A stretch of 63,921 bases of DNA, counting the filler, from Reticulomyxa filosa (Eukaryota; Protista; Foraminifera), in NCBI GenBank assembly GCA_000512085.1. It is 13 parts of 13 records of this genome, joined end to end, with 100 filler letters (N's around TTAATTAATTAA, not from the genome) between each part and the next. Parts side by side here need not be neighbours in the genome. Positions count along the whole stretch, not along the records: positions 1 to 3,607 come from ASPP01014445.1; positions 3,708 to 6,170 come from ASPP01018652.1; positions 6,271 to 8,283 come from ASPP01004888.1; positions 8,384 to 10,016 come from ASPP01020978.1; positions 10,117 to 13,244 come from ASPP01000723.1; 8 more parts are not named here. One strand, given 5' to 3'. Of the stretch, positions 1 to 12,852 are shown one piece after another (positions within the stretch are counted from its first letter, which is position 1; every line of letters begins with the position of its first letter). The position numbers and the translations under genes are program-made. The notes below the pieces were generated by a model. That model saw only the letters and a list, made by a program, of their open reading frames with translations. It ran no database searches and was not told the DNA's origin.

Positions 1-462
1 TTTTTTTTTTTTTTTTTTCGTCACATAACAACACAAATTTAAATCATACGTACCGTTTCCAAATTGTTTGCAAAAAAAAAATTTGAAAACTGAAGAAAAA
101 AGGGGCTGCAAGTCTGCTGTCAATAAGTCTTTGGACATTTTTTGTGCGAGGGGTTGCCTTTCAAAACTTTCAAAGTCTTTTATACGATAACGCGTTTCTG
201 GTGATTTAGTTGCTACATTCACACGTACCATCCCAATATAGTGAAGCGTTTATTTCAATATTTTTTGTTATTTTCGTTTTTTTTTTTTTTTTTAATTCCC
301 TCCCTCTTGCGTTAGCCACATTGTGCACAATGTTAAAAAATTGTTTGAAAAAAAAAATCGTCGCATAGATACAATATTGTATAAACAAAACAACTATTGA
401 TGGGCCTTTTTTTTTTCTCCTTCCCCCCTTCCTAGGCCACCTTTGGAAAAAAAAACAATTGC

Positions 463-1392
463 TTAACTAGCAACTCTTCCACTAACGGCTGACGCATGGA
501 TACTGAACTTGACGCTACCGTCAACACAAAACTTTTTAAGTATGTCACTCAAGCGAGTAAAAGTGTCTTGCAGTCCCTCTTCAAGCCATATTTCGATACT
601 GTACACCGCCTTGTCATTGTGTACACGACGCATGAAGGTTGCACCATTCTTTTTTATCACAAGTCATAGTTGTAGATGCTAATAGATGTCATTATGTGCA
701 CTTTTTTTGTTTGTTTGTCCTATTTTGGCGGACATTTCAGGAGATAGGAACAATAAAACACAAAAGGAGACAGAAAAAAAATAGGCTTTTTTTTGGTAAA
801 ATTTACCATAATTCGTGACAACTGCTCTGAAGCAAACTGAACACAAATTTTAATAATTGAATCAACCATTTGAGTATCAGTTTCTGCTAATAATCTTGCT
901 GACCATGTTACGCCACAGTCTTTTTTTTTTATACGTACAAAAATATATTGCAGAAAAAATCATTATGAAAACGCTAAGGGAAAGGGCGTTATTGCCATAT
1001 TTGTAACACTTTTTTTTGTTATTAGTACTCAACATTGCCCTGGAGTAGGCGTTTCTTTTACTATATTGCGAAATACTCTTAGATTTACATCTTTTGGTAA
1101 CAGTTTTAAAAAATTCTTACGTTTAAATCCGTTCCAGAATTGCCAGAATGTCTATATAGTTTATTCTTTTTTTTCGATTGGGATTCCTTGTCTCTCTCCC
1201 CCTCCTTTGCTTCCTCAAAAGTATAATATACGCGTTAAGCAATATAAACAAGCAACACACCGTAATTGTGCCAAATTCTCCTAAGTTTATCATTGTCTTC
1301 TTTGCAGCCACTACCTCATTTATCCCATTTATGTCCGCCGTTGTTTTGTATGATGTATTCAAAGGAGGATCGTAGGTCGGAGAGCCAGACAT
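463..1392 (-). CDS. Divergent eIF4E-family protein (4-5 exons, about 190 aa)
   Basis: Manual splicing of 1392-1261, 1151-1034 and 919-807 (GT-AG, phases 0 and 1 match) gives DPPLNTSY...NLGEFGTIT|TFWQFWN...LPKDVNLRVFRN...QY|CGVTWSARL...VDSIIKICVQFASEQL. The last exon reads NGATFMRR...YSIEIWL...ILKKF...VKFSIH. This is collinear with the eIF4E pattern HPL..W / F.TVE.FW..YN / LFK / GG.W / IGE.F / CGA / I.IW / Y..H. The junction into the last exon is uncertain. Confidence 0.6.
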
Positions 1393-2728
1393 TTGTACAA
1401 TGCAGTGTCACTGAAAATAACAAAATGAATACTACTGTCCTCACACTGACAAGAAATGAATAGCAATTCCAAAGAGGAAAAATATTATGAAATAATAATG
1501 CCAGCCGATCTCACGGTACAGTTTTTTTAATAGAGTCCACTGACTTTTTCAAACGCTGGTGTTATCACTGGTGAAAAATAGTCCAAAAAAATAAAATAAT
1601 CAAATAAAGATTTCTAAAAATGAAATGCAAATGTTGAAAATATATCTACAAATTGCCAGCGCAAGGCCAAAAAAAGTTAAGAAATCCAAATAGAAATTAT
1701 TTGAGAACGCTCAACCAAGAACTTCAAATGGGCACTTTTTTTGAACAAATGTAAAAGCGTATATTTGATTCATCTTGCACTTGCAAACTCATTTCTCTTG
1801 TCATAAGCTGTAGATATGTACATTTATATGTTTAAAACAGTCAATAATTTTTTTCCTGTTAAAATGTATATGGACTGTCTACAATATGTCGAGTCATAAA
1901 TATTTCATTTGATGATAACAACCATTATTTAGTTTATACCACAAATAATCGTAAAATGTATTGAAAGGATTAAATGTCGAACTATTCCATATCATTCCAC
2001 TGTTGTTGAGGCCAAGACCTTGAGTATTTAAATATATTTTTAATTCATCTCAATGTGCCTAATAATAAAGATACTCGCTACAATAGGTTAAAAAACTAAA
2101 AAAAGAGGCCAGTACAAGATAAAGTTGATATAAAATATGCCACGTAAGTGTTGGCACAATTATTTTTGAACGTTTATTGTGTTTGTTACGAAACTATAGA
2201 CGAAGAAGTTTACAACCGGGTGTCAAGTAAAGTTATCTCGTTGTAACATTTGACAGACAACCCCATTTCAAAATTGCTAAATTTCAATTGGATCGGTCCT
2301 GTGCAGAGAGTAGTACAACATGATATTGTAATTTAGAAGCTTTTCTTTGGTAAAGGGGGTATTGAAACACCTAAAGCAAAAACAGTGAAAACTTAAATAA
2401 TTGATTGTTTTACAATTCGGGCTGAAACTACATTATTTAAAGATATTATTATTTTACTAGATAACTAAAGGAAATAATTGATAGTACGTTTATTTATTTT
2501 CAACAAAAAACCTCATATTGACATTTTAAGGACAGTTGGCTTTTTTTTTTTTTTGGCAGTCTGGGAACATTGGAAGTGAGCTAACAGTAACTGCTTTTCC
2601 TGGCTCACGCTATCGGAAAGAAGAAGGAGATCAAAAAAAGAAAAACAAACAACAAAAAACGTTTTGCACATGGCCCAAGCACAATGTAAGAAAGCTTGCA
2701 TATGGATAGTAAGCCACTTTGTATGTTG

Positions 2729-3565
2729 TCAACTACTGCAGCAACACCAGCATAGACACCAAGGAAAACCTTGTTCCGTCATTCTCCAACAACAAAACCG
2801 GCAGGGGAAACAGCACATCAGCCAACAAGATTGGAGAATGGCACAGCAAGCCAGGCACCGATCAGGTCTCTTTTCTGAGTGTTCTCCACCACTATGAGCC
2901 CCAAAAGCACAGATAGAAATTTGATTTACAATTTGAATATAAGATAGATCTTGAAACATGCAACATGTACATATTGTAAGCATAAAAATATATCTATACA
3001 TATATATGTATATGCACATAAAATATGATATCGACGTAACGGACAGCCATTAAAAACATTGGTTCGATTATAATGCCCCTTTTTGTAAGGCTTTCGACAA
3101 AGCCAACAAAACTCGTATTTGCAATACGAGCACTTCATATGATTGCATCCTTCCAACTTTTCAATTCGAGCATGGCACTTTGGCAAAATTGGACATCCCG
3201 TTGGAAGTCTTTGCACCACACGTCGAGTTGTTTGTCCAAGACGAAGTCGCAGGGTGTGTTATTGTGCCACGCATAGGCACAGTTAAAGCACACGGCAGCG
3301 TTGCACTTTTCACACATCAATTTCTTATCTTTTTTATTTTTTCGAAACAAAGGAGTGTCGCAGCCGGGAGTGATGCACCAACGTACATTTCCGTCTTTCG
3401 CCAATTCAATGTTGCGCAGGAACCGATGATACTTGGTTTGCGACGTGGAGTCGAGAAACTCTAGAATCTCATTCTCTTCAATTATACGATCACATCCGGT
3501 GGCCATGCACGTAAATGATACAATTCCGTTTGACACTTGTCCAGAAAAAAAGTTGCTAATGCATC
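2729..3565 (-). CDS. RBR (RING-IBR-RING) E3 ubiquitin ligase, 5'-truncated by contig end
   Basis: End of RING1 (CMATGC), IBR (WCITPGC...CEKC...CFNC...WH...C) and RING2 with the catalytic GCNHMKC motif (CPKC...[18 protein letters not shown]). A one-base frameshift near 3183 (TGC CA AAG, one C short) is a probable read error. Cys-rich final exon at about 2915-2729. Confidence 0.85.
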
Positions 3566-3607
3566 CTACCATTGATCATATACATATATATTTATATATA
3601 TATATAT

Positions 3608-3707
3608 NNNNNNNNNNNNNNNNNNNNNNNNNNNNNNNNNNNNNNNNNNNNTTAATTAATTAANNNNNNNNNNNNNNNNNNNNNNNNNNNNNNNNNNNNN
3701 NNNNNNN
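3608..3707. other. Artificial contig spacer N44-TTAATTAATTAA-N44
   Basis: 100-bp spacer; palindromic core with stops in all six frames; identical in all 12 copies. Confidence 0.98.
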
Positions 3708-3799
3708 ATATATATTTTTGATGTACTCGATTGTCTGTGTTTTTGATAACAGCCTCAACCCGTCAGCAAAAAATAAAAATAAAAAAAATTATACGTCTT

Positions 3800-6110
3800 C
3801 CGCATCCACTCCAAAGAAAAATTTAGGGGTTGAAGCCACTCCGGCGTTTAAAAAAAAATAAAAGAGTTGAATTTTTTTTAAATTTTTTTATTTTAGTATA
3901 AAATATTTGTTTTGTTTTTGTCAATAGGCATGCCCCCCTCAAACAAATTTGGTTGACCCCCCCCCTTTCATGTGACAAAAGAAAAAAAATATAGTGTGAT
4001 TGGAATTGGAGCTTCGCTACCAGAGTCAAAGTATTTTTTTATTTTTTTTTCTTTCAAAAATGAAAAAATTATTTGATATTGTTATATTAAAATTGAAAGA
4101 AAAAATGTGAGAATATCCCACAAAAGCGCAAATGAAACGCGCTCAATAATGTTTGGCCGACATTACGGAGACAGCAACCGTATCGACAGAAGAAGCGAAA
4201 GACAATGGAGAAGACGGTGACGACGTTTAGAAAATGATAACACTGGTGGCCGAAAATAATGAGTCCGAAGAATCTCTATATGTTAGTGGCTCAATTTGGT
4301 GGATGGATTGTGCAAAACTCAAGCCAAGATCACTGGCGAAAAGAACAAGAAAGAATATAAGAAATTGTGTTCCAAGAGTCCGGGTGGCTATACTGAATTT
4401 TATTTATTTTATTTTCTAAAAAAAAACAGTTTGTAGGCTTTGCGACGTTTGGTTATTGAATTACTCTTCACGCAATCAAGTGGCGACTTTGCGCGTTCTA
4501 AGATACGGAGGAACTCACATAGCGCACTCCAATAGAACTTCTGAACTAGTGTAGCAATGTCAAGTGCAGTGGCGACATGAAAAATTGGAAAAACTTGTCT
4601 ATGCCTACGTTGATGGCAAACAAGTACATACGTATGGTTCTAGGTACATCAGTTCAGATAACATTCAGTCTGACACTGCAGCACTACACAACGTTGCAAA
4701 GCAGCAAAGAGTTTTATAACTGCGATCTGTCAGCGTCGACGAACAAGAAAAACTCGATAGTTGTGGAAATTGGCGCTAGTTTATGAATTCTGCAAGAGTC
4801 GCGCCGGTTGCTTTTGCTGGACTGTCTCCGATATCGGTTATGAGCTGACGGACGACTTGTGGACGCTACGCAATACTTGTATTCGTTGCATTGTCCAGCA
4901 CTTGAAGAACAACAAATACGTCCAAGAAGAAGATAATAATTGTACTACCATTGTATCGCCAATTTAAACGTCGGACATGCCATAAGTGGAAATGCTCGCA
5001 ATCATGACCATGTGTCTCTCGTCACAATGACAACTAGAACGAATGGAATTCGTATTTGGAAAGCACCTATTGTGATATGGCATTGGAACAGTTGGACAAG
5101 ATTTTCTCAAATAAATTCCGAACAATATTGATTTCGTAGTTGGACAGTGCCAAGATCCAGTTTGCCAGGATAAAAGAAAAGGAAAGCGTAATGATATGAA
5201 CATTACAGTGTCGCAACGGCAGCAGCGATTGGATTTATCGAAGAAGTAAAAAAAGAGTGAGAAAAGGACGTGTACGTTGTTACATATGACGACCGAGCGA
5301 ACCGCTGCATCCGAAGAATCTTTCAATGTTCGCGTGGCTCAATTTGATGTAATAGTGATTAAAAACTCAATCCAAGATTACCAGCAAATAAGAAGTGAAG
5401 AGAATAATGAAAAAGAGAAGAAAGTAGCTCCAAGACTCCGGGAGGGGGGGGGGGGGGACCTATACCATTGAATTTGTTTTTTTTAAAAAAAATAATTGTC
5501 AGCTTTGCTACGTTTAGTTATGAATGGCCCTTTACACACGCAAGTGGCGATTTTGCGCATTATCGAGCATATCCTGGCTTCCCATAGCGTGTCGCAATGG
5601 AAGTTGCTGAAAGAGTGTGACAATTGCAGTGGCGATATCGACGAAACTCAGTTCATGTTCTTCATTGTCAATTATTGCAAGATATTGGACTGAATTGTTT
5701 CAAAGTGTTGGAGGCGTTGGGTTCTGCTGGATGGATATGTGGATAACATCAGTGTCAGCAGTCGAGCGATTACGCATCCACGCCTCTCCATCCCGAAGAC
5801 GTCGTTGCTATGGTTACAAATCGTTCGGCTACCAAAAACCGAATCATTCAGATTCGCGGAGCGGAGGATCTCTTATTGGCAAGACCGCTATTCAAGAAAT
5901 GGTAGCGCTAGAGATACTAGCCTTTCAATGTTACCAAGTCCGTTCAATGATCCAACATAATGAAACATTTGATGGGAGCTGATTGTTGTCATGGATTATA
6001 TACACAGCATATGTTCCAAGTTATAACGTTTTTTTTTGTAATGGAAATAAAAAAAAAAGTAAATTTGAAAAAAAATACGCCACAAATTGCCCATTTGCAA
6101 TGGCTCAAAC
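3800..6110 (+). pseudogene. Decayed copy of a multi-exon repetitive gene family, with an internal ~1.06-kb duplication
   Basis: Protein-like fragments broken by stops and frameshifts. 3821-4035 matches the reverse complements of 32000-32430 and 36570-37010 (TAGGGGTTGAAGCCAC; ATAGGxATxCCCCCT; GGAATTGGAG). 4370-4600 resembles 5425-5650. Confidence 0.55.
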
Positions 6111-6170
6111 ATTTGAATTGGAAATTAGAAATGAATACGTTGCTTCCGGATACAAAAGAAGAAGAAGAAG

Positions 6171-6270
6171 NNNNNNNNNNNNNNNNNNNNNNNNNNNNNN
6201 NNNNNNNNNNNNNNTTAATTAATTAANNNNNNNNNNNNNNNNNNNNNNNNNNNNNNNNNNNNNNNNNNNN
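6171..6270. other. Artificial contig spacer
   Basis: N44-TTAATTAATTAA-N44. Confidence 0.98.
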
Positions 6271-6334
6271 AAAAATGAAAAAGGGACTAATAAACTGGAG
6301 TAGAACAAAAAAAATTTTCTAGATATTAAGTAAC

Positions 6335-8283
6335 ATGTCTTTGCAAGCTTTTATCTTTTTTAAAAATATGCATACAGCAACACTTGCTTCCAGCACCTTA
6401 CAAAGTTTGAAAGAAAAAGTGATTGAGATAATCAACAAAACTACTACTTGTACTCCTACGCCCAGTTTTAAAATCACCGACAACAATGGTCAAGATATTG
6501 ACAATGATCAAAAAGTGCAAGCTACTTTTGGGATGCAACCTGTTTTCTTTTTGGTCCATCTAATTGACAGTTTTGTTTGAATATATATTAATTTAGAAAG
6601 TCAAACTAAAACAATTAATTAAATGAATAGATAGTGACAATGATGAAAAGAAAAATGTAGAAAATGAAAAAATTAATGATGGAAATTGCCACAAAATTGT
6701 GCAACCATTAATATTATTAACAGGTGCTGCAAAATATGAAAATTCAGATTATTTGCCAGGAGTGAAAGCTGATTTAATAAATTTCAAAGTTTTATTTGAA
6801 GCATATGGCTATCAAGTACATTCCACTTATGATCAAAATAAACCTGAAACAGAATTGTTGACACTTAAACAATTAAACCTATTTTTAATGAAACATTATA
6901 TTAAATTACTTAAAAATAAGAATAATTATGATGCATTAATATTTGTATGGTGTGGTCATGGTAGTATCGCAGCAGAAGGAGATACATTAGTTACAAGTGA
7001 TGATCATAACTGTAAATTATTTAAAAAAATACAGGAATTATTTACAGATGATACAGATATGTTTTTAAATAAACCAAAAATATTTATCAAAAATGCATGC
7101 CGAGTGAATGATGAAGTTCAACAACTGTATAATCGTGAATCAGATACTCTATGTATATTTTCAACAACTCCTGGAAAATTCATAATTGATTCACCAGATT
7201 CTGGTAAAGGAAAAGGAAGTTATTTTGCAGATGCTTTTGTAATGTTATGTCAGAAAATCTTAACTCATCCAAGCCATTACATGACAATATACAATCAATT
7301 ACTGGGTTAGTTAAAAACAAAAAATTATCATCAGAAATCATTCAAACAGCTTCAACTTGTGATCGACATATATTTCTTAATAATAATAAGTTTCAAAAAA
7401 AAGCTTTAAAAGAGAAAGTAAAAATGGAAAAATATGACCAAAGCACAAAAAATAAAGTAAACACTGAAGTTGTTTTGCTTTCTCATGAGAAATATTGCTT
7501 TAACAAGGATTGGATTTTACAATTACAAGAAGAAAAAGAAATTGCACACCTCATTTGTTTAGTCTGCAAACAAATTGCAAACAACGCTCTGCAGCTAACG
7601 TGTTCACAACATGAAAAGACAAAGGAAACATTGATCATTGGAGAGAATTGTTTAAAATTATTCCTTGAAAAAAATAAATATTGTCCAATTCTATCACATG
7701 AAGATTGTTCATATTCAAGCAACAGAGTTGCGCGACATTTGATTGATAACTTACAAGTGATGTGTATACGACAATTTGAACAAGATCTAAAGACACCTAA
7801 TAAAACTGAGAGCAATGACAGTGTAATTAAATGCAATTTTATAGGGCCATTAAAATATTTACATGGTCATTTAAACAATGAATGCACATGGAAATCAATT
7901 GATTGTTGCTTTAAATCATTTGGTTGTAATCATAGTTGCTTTATCCACAATTTAAAAGATCATTTGAATACGAATATGCAAAAACATATTTGTTTAGTTT
8001 GCAAGTATATGAAAGAAGATAGTCAATTGAAAACTGAAGAGAATATTGAAAAATATAACAATGTCAAAAAAGAATTCTCCAGCTATCAAGAACAAGTCGA
8101 AATGTTGAAAAACGAATTTAATAACAGCAAAAAACAAATGCAATTGGCTCAACAAGAAGTTATTAACTCGTTGAAACAACAAAATACCAAATTAAATGAA
8201 GATTACCAAAAATTACTTCAAAAAGTAAATTCTCAAGACAAAGAAGAAAAAGAAAAAGAAAAAGAAAAAGAAAAAGAAAAAGA
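6335..8283 (+). CDS. PB1-like domain + caspase-like (C14) protease + RING/TRAF-type Zn fingers + coiled coil; 3'-truncated
   Basis: Exon 6335-6569 splices in frame (phase 1) to 6631. Catalytic dyad motifs ALIFVWCGHG and KPKIFIKNACR. A one-T frameshift near 7236 joins ORF 7247-8283, which carries CLVC...C..H...C...C and KCNFIG...HL..EC...C.F...GC...L..H Zn fingers. Confidence 0.85.
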
Positions 8284-8383
8284 NNNNNNNNNNNNNNNNN
8301 NNNNNNNNNNNNNNNNNNNNNNNNNNNTTAATTAATTAANNNNNNNNNNNNNNNNNNNNNNNNNNNNNNNNNNNNNNNNNNNN
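8284..8383. other. Artificial contig spacer
   Basis: N44-TTAATTAATTAA-N44. Confidence 0.98.
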
Positions 8384-8429
8384 TGACAATATGTTTGTTT
8401 GGAATTTATTTAACAAAAAAAAAAAAAAG

Positions 8430-9925
8430 GCATTGGCTTGTGGGAAAGTGCAAAAAGACACGGAACTGTTCAGTAGATTGGTCTCAAATCTGACCACTCG
8501 CTTTGATTTTCGTTTGACGAATCGGTTTGATCATTGCGAGCACGCAAACAAAATGAAAGCAAACGCCCAGAAACGGCAGAAACTTGCGCGGATGCGCTTA
8601 GAAACGGAACAATCTGAAAACAGTGACGACCTTGACAAAGAAATTCGCAGAGAAATCGAAATACTGAAAAGCTTTCTAACCGATGCCGAGAATAATGAGG
8701 AAGAGGGCTTGCTTACAATTCTTGCTGAGTTGATCGATCCCAATCTCGATGAGGAGCAGAACGAAGAAGCCTTGCTTCAAGCACTTCGTGACATGGTGGA
8801 CGATCTCAGAGAAGCTCGTCTCTCTTCTCCCATCAAAGTTTCCAATACAAACTTACAACAAGAAGAAGAGGATGCCACGTTGCTACAATGTTCAGTTTTT
8901 TTTTGGCTTTTTTTTGCTGACTAATTAAAAAAAAAAAGAAAAGGGGGCGGGGGGAATAAATTTTTTTGAAAATGTACGTAAGCATTAAATGTGGTTGTTT
9001 GTTTGTTTGTTATTCGTTTGTATGGAATGGAACGGGGGAATTGATGTCATGCTACAGCGGACACGTTTCTAGCCGCGTCATGTAAAGCTATGAAGAGATT
9101 GCGTGAAATGGACGAAAAAGTCCGTGGTGTCGACATAGTGGCAGCCTTGACAACGATGCATGAGAACAAGGATGACAAGGATAGCAAAAAAGCAATGAAG
9201 GCTTTTCTTGAATTGGATCCGACGGAAGACATAAGTGAATCAAAAGAGGTAGCGAATGAAACCACCTTGTCGCCGTTATATTCGTCCAGCATGGAAATCG
9301 AGCTGCCAAAGGGGGTTGGGACGGTGATGTGGTACATCTGTCAATTGCATCGACGCTTTTCGGCCCGGGTGTCAGACTGTGAAGACAACAGTAGTGAATT
9401 TGACAGTGGCGCCAATAGCAGCAATCACACTGACAGTGGCGGTGACAGTGGACTACGATCGACCAATGCAAGCTCAATGAATTCGATCAGTTTGCAAATG
9501 CAGCACAACTGCAAAACATTGTTAGAAAAGATATTGAGTAAATGGATAGAATCAGGGATAACAGAATTGATAGACGGCATTACATCTTATTGGACGACAT
9601 TGTCGAAAGTCGGAGACGAAAGCGACGACAGGGATAATTTTGAGACGACACATTTGAAATACGAAAAAACCAAAAAAAAAAGGCAAAAAAAGCCAAACAA
9701 AAAGCATTGCAAAAGATCCAAAACCAAAAGAAACTGTTCCAAGGTCAAAACAAGAAATTGATTGATGACGACGCCCTTTGTGAGGAAGACGAAGAAAAGG
9801 GGGTGTCTTCGACGTGTAGCGTTGGCATTCACTATTCGTGCATTGTCTGTCGCAGCGCTGAAAGTCAAGACGAAATGAGTTTAATTGGATTGGCCACTGT
9901 TGAGAAAATAAAACAATACAAATAA
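8430..9925 (+). CDS. Internal fragment of a probable UBR1/UBR2-like (N-recognin) E3 ligase
   Basis: Two coding exons. Across the poly-A frameshift near 9675 the frame reads KKKAKKAKQKALQKIQNQKKLF...SCIVCRS...MSLIGLA, resembling the basic region and first RING-H2 cysteines of UBR1-type ligases. Confidence 0.5.
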
Positions 9926-10016
9926 TAACAACAAAACCAAATGCAAACAAATTTACCATTTTTTTTTTTTTTTTATTTTTTTTGACTTTATTCTATTTTA
10001 AAAAAAATTTTATTTA

Positions 10017-10116
10017 NNNNNNNNNNNNNNNNNNNNNNNNNNNNNNNNNNNNNNNNNNNNTTAATTAATTAANNNNNNNNNNNNNNNNNNNNNNNNNNNN
10101 NNNNNNNNNNNNNNNN
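10017..10116. other. Artificial contig spacer
   Basis: N44-TTAATTAATTAA-N44. Confidence 0.98.
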
Positions 10117-10739
10117 GCAAAGATTAAAATTGTAACTTCAATATGTCATATTTGTTTTTGTTACAAATTAGTTTGGCAGAATGTATCTCGGGTTCAACTT
10201 CTTTTTACAACCTGTTTTAATTTATTTGTTTGTTGAAAATCAGGTTCTTTCAGCAAAAAAAAAACCCCTTTCGTATTACATTTAGTGCAAACTTGAATAA
10301 GTAGAATATAAGCAACAACACCCATTTCAATAATGTGAATGTTGTTGTATTCCGTACTTACTATTTTGTGATCTCCAAAAAAATTTAAATCTTTAAAAAA
10401 CAAAATTTCATGGTATGTTTTTGATTTGTCTTAAAGAATTCTGTAATTCTAACTTTTGAAACAAATAAGAAAGAACAATTGAGCATTTGGTTCAATTGAT
10501 ATGCATACAGATAACAGAGTACTTTATTAAATATTTGCCTCGTTTTTTTCAATTACTTAATTTTTTGTGAAATCAATTGAAGGATTTAAACTTTAATTCA
10601 TTGCTTATTTGCAATAGTCACAATAAAAGCATATTTTTATTGAATGGCTTTTAAAAAACTTGAAGAGCAATGGAAAAATCACAAAGCTACACAGCCACAA
10701 CAAACACACCACAAAAACTTTTTCCCGTACAAAACCTCA

Positions 10740-11430
10740 TTGTTAGAGTTTTGCAATTGCTACTCTAAGAAATAAGTTATATTCAAGAGCGATCAGAGTT
10801 CGGTGTCACTCAACATCAGCTGTGACACTTGATGTGTGATCAAAAATTCATATCCAATTTTGTTGAAAAAGCGTTGTGTTACTGACTCTGTGGTCCATTG
10901 TATCGCCACTTTGGTATCCGCTTTGTTGTTAGGACCCATCCATAGGAACAAGGGCAGAACTCCTGCGAGAATCCCTGCGCCGAAGATAACCCATAATATT
11001 GTATATGGATGAAATGCTGGAAGATAACTTTTTTTGTTGTTTTGTGTTTTTTTGGAGAGTTTGTTTTGATTACTTGGGGGTTAGTCTGCACTGAATGGCT
11101 AGATGATATACTACTGCTTTCCTCTTCATCTTGATAATTCTTGTTCTCTTCAGGATCTTTTTTTTCCTGTAAGTGTGTCCGCTAATGCAAGCAAATAATG
11201 TTCTGCTTAAAAAAGAAAAAAGAAATAAAGCCTTTGCTTGCAAAAATGGCGGTCTTCTTTTAGATATACTTTTTTTACTTGAATTTCGATTGAAATTCTG
11301 CTGCTATACAATTTGTGTCACGTAAAGTAATAACAGTTGTGTCAGTAGAAAACGTGTCTTAACTTTTCGTCATTGTTGTTTTTTTCACTGGTACTAATGA
11401 ATTGATCTTGAATTAACTCCATTATAGTTT
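10740..11430 (-). pseudogene. Broken or degenerate gene for an unknown membrane protein
   Basis: Frameshifted protein-like segments, including a hydrophobic stretch TILWVIFGAGILAGVLPLFLW. Confidence 0.3.
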
Positions 11431-11889
11431 CCATTCTTGCCAAACGCTTATGCAACAAGCAAAAATTTAACAGTTTCTTACAGAAACGCAGCCCTTTTGC
11501 AACAAATTTTGTTACACTTTTTTGATATAAAAGCATATGTCTTCTTTTGTTTGTTTATTAAGAACCAGTTATCTCGTTGCTCTTCCTCAATTTTTTCTTT
11601 CCGCAAAAATTATTCAAATGAATGTAAAAATAATGTAAAATTGATTATAATAAAATTTTCAAAAAAATAAACTCTGATGGTATCTTGTTTTAATGATAAC
11701 ACCAGACTGATTATTGTTTTAGTCTTCATTTTTAACAATTGATATCTGTTTGTGATTTCATCTAGATCTTATTTGTTAATTAAATATAATTATTTAATTT
11801 GAAAGAAATAGGCGAATTTCTACATGGAGGGCAAAAAAATAATACAAAATGTATTTTGGATGTTATCATACAAGATATTTTTGAATAGT

Positions 11890-12100
11890 GTAGGAATAGT
11901 GAGACGACAAAGTGTAATACGAAAGGAACTTAGCTCCAAAAAGCAACTTCAGTAAAGGAAATTAAATTAACAAAAATAATTTCAATACAAGAAAGGAAAA
12001 CAAGTAAAGAAAACATAAAAGTGAGTTGTGTTGTGAAGAGGGTTTTAACCCACCATAATAGGGACTTATCCTACAATAGTTATTGCAGCAATTCTTTGAT
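11890..12100 (+). mobile_element. 3' end relic of a LINE-like retrotransposon
   Basis: AAGTGTAATACGA...TTCAGTAA...GTTGTGAAG...TTTAACCCA...TAATAGGGACTTATCCTACA, collinear with 40925-41150 and with the reverse complement of 59900-60110. Confidence 0.5.
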
Positions 12101-12852
12101 ATTCATGATCTCAATCTATTGTACTAAAATTGAGCATCAAACACATGCAAATCATGAACTTAAACAAACAAGTACTTTGTACTTTTTTGTGATGGAAAAA
12201 ATCTCCAAAAGATATATTTTTGAGACTTTTGTGTAATCCTTAAGCAACAAAGAAACAAATAAAAAGAGATTTTTGTTGTTGAAATTGTTTTGAAAGAAGA
12301 TATGAAAAATCCACTAAATGTTTTTTTAAATGAATAATGATCGAACTTGTTGTTTTCTGATATTCGCCGTATTATACAAATTATTGTTATACCTTTTTTC
12401 GAAAGAACAAAAAGAAAAATATATAGACGAAAAATGACAACCAGAGTTATATAATCATCAATTAACTTCATCAAAAGAAGATTTTCCATTAATTTTTGAA
12501 AATTATAATTTATAAATTTCAAACTGAAAAATATTAGTTATGAAGAAGTTCTTTTCAGTACATCTTTACAAAAATGAATATTTTGAGAATTTTGTGTGTA
12601 ATGTTTATTTGACACAAGAAGAAGCGAAGAAAATAACAGAAGCAAAGGAGAATCTCTGGTTTGCTTATTGCAAAATTGGTTTTACAAAACAAAGTATATA
12701 AAGCGTTGACAAATCTTTTGCTGTCAATAGCTCAGTTGAAGAAATAACTTTCCATCATAATTTCGACATTTATTTGTATTTGTTTTTTCCTCTTTCCCCC
12801 TCTCCCATTTTCCCTATTTGCCTCTTTGTCTACTTAATTGTTAAGTATGTGT

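Noticed and set aside
3175-9685. Programmed frameshifting at about 3183, 7236 and 9675 (also about 56920)
   Set aside because: Each is a one-base indel in a homopolymer run within otherwise intact domains; pyrosequencing-type error is the simpler explanation
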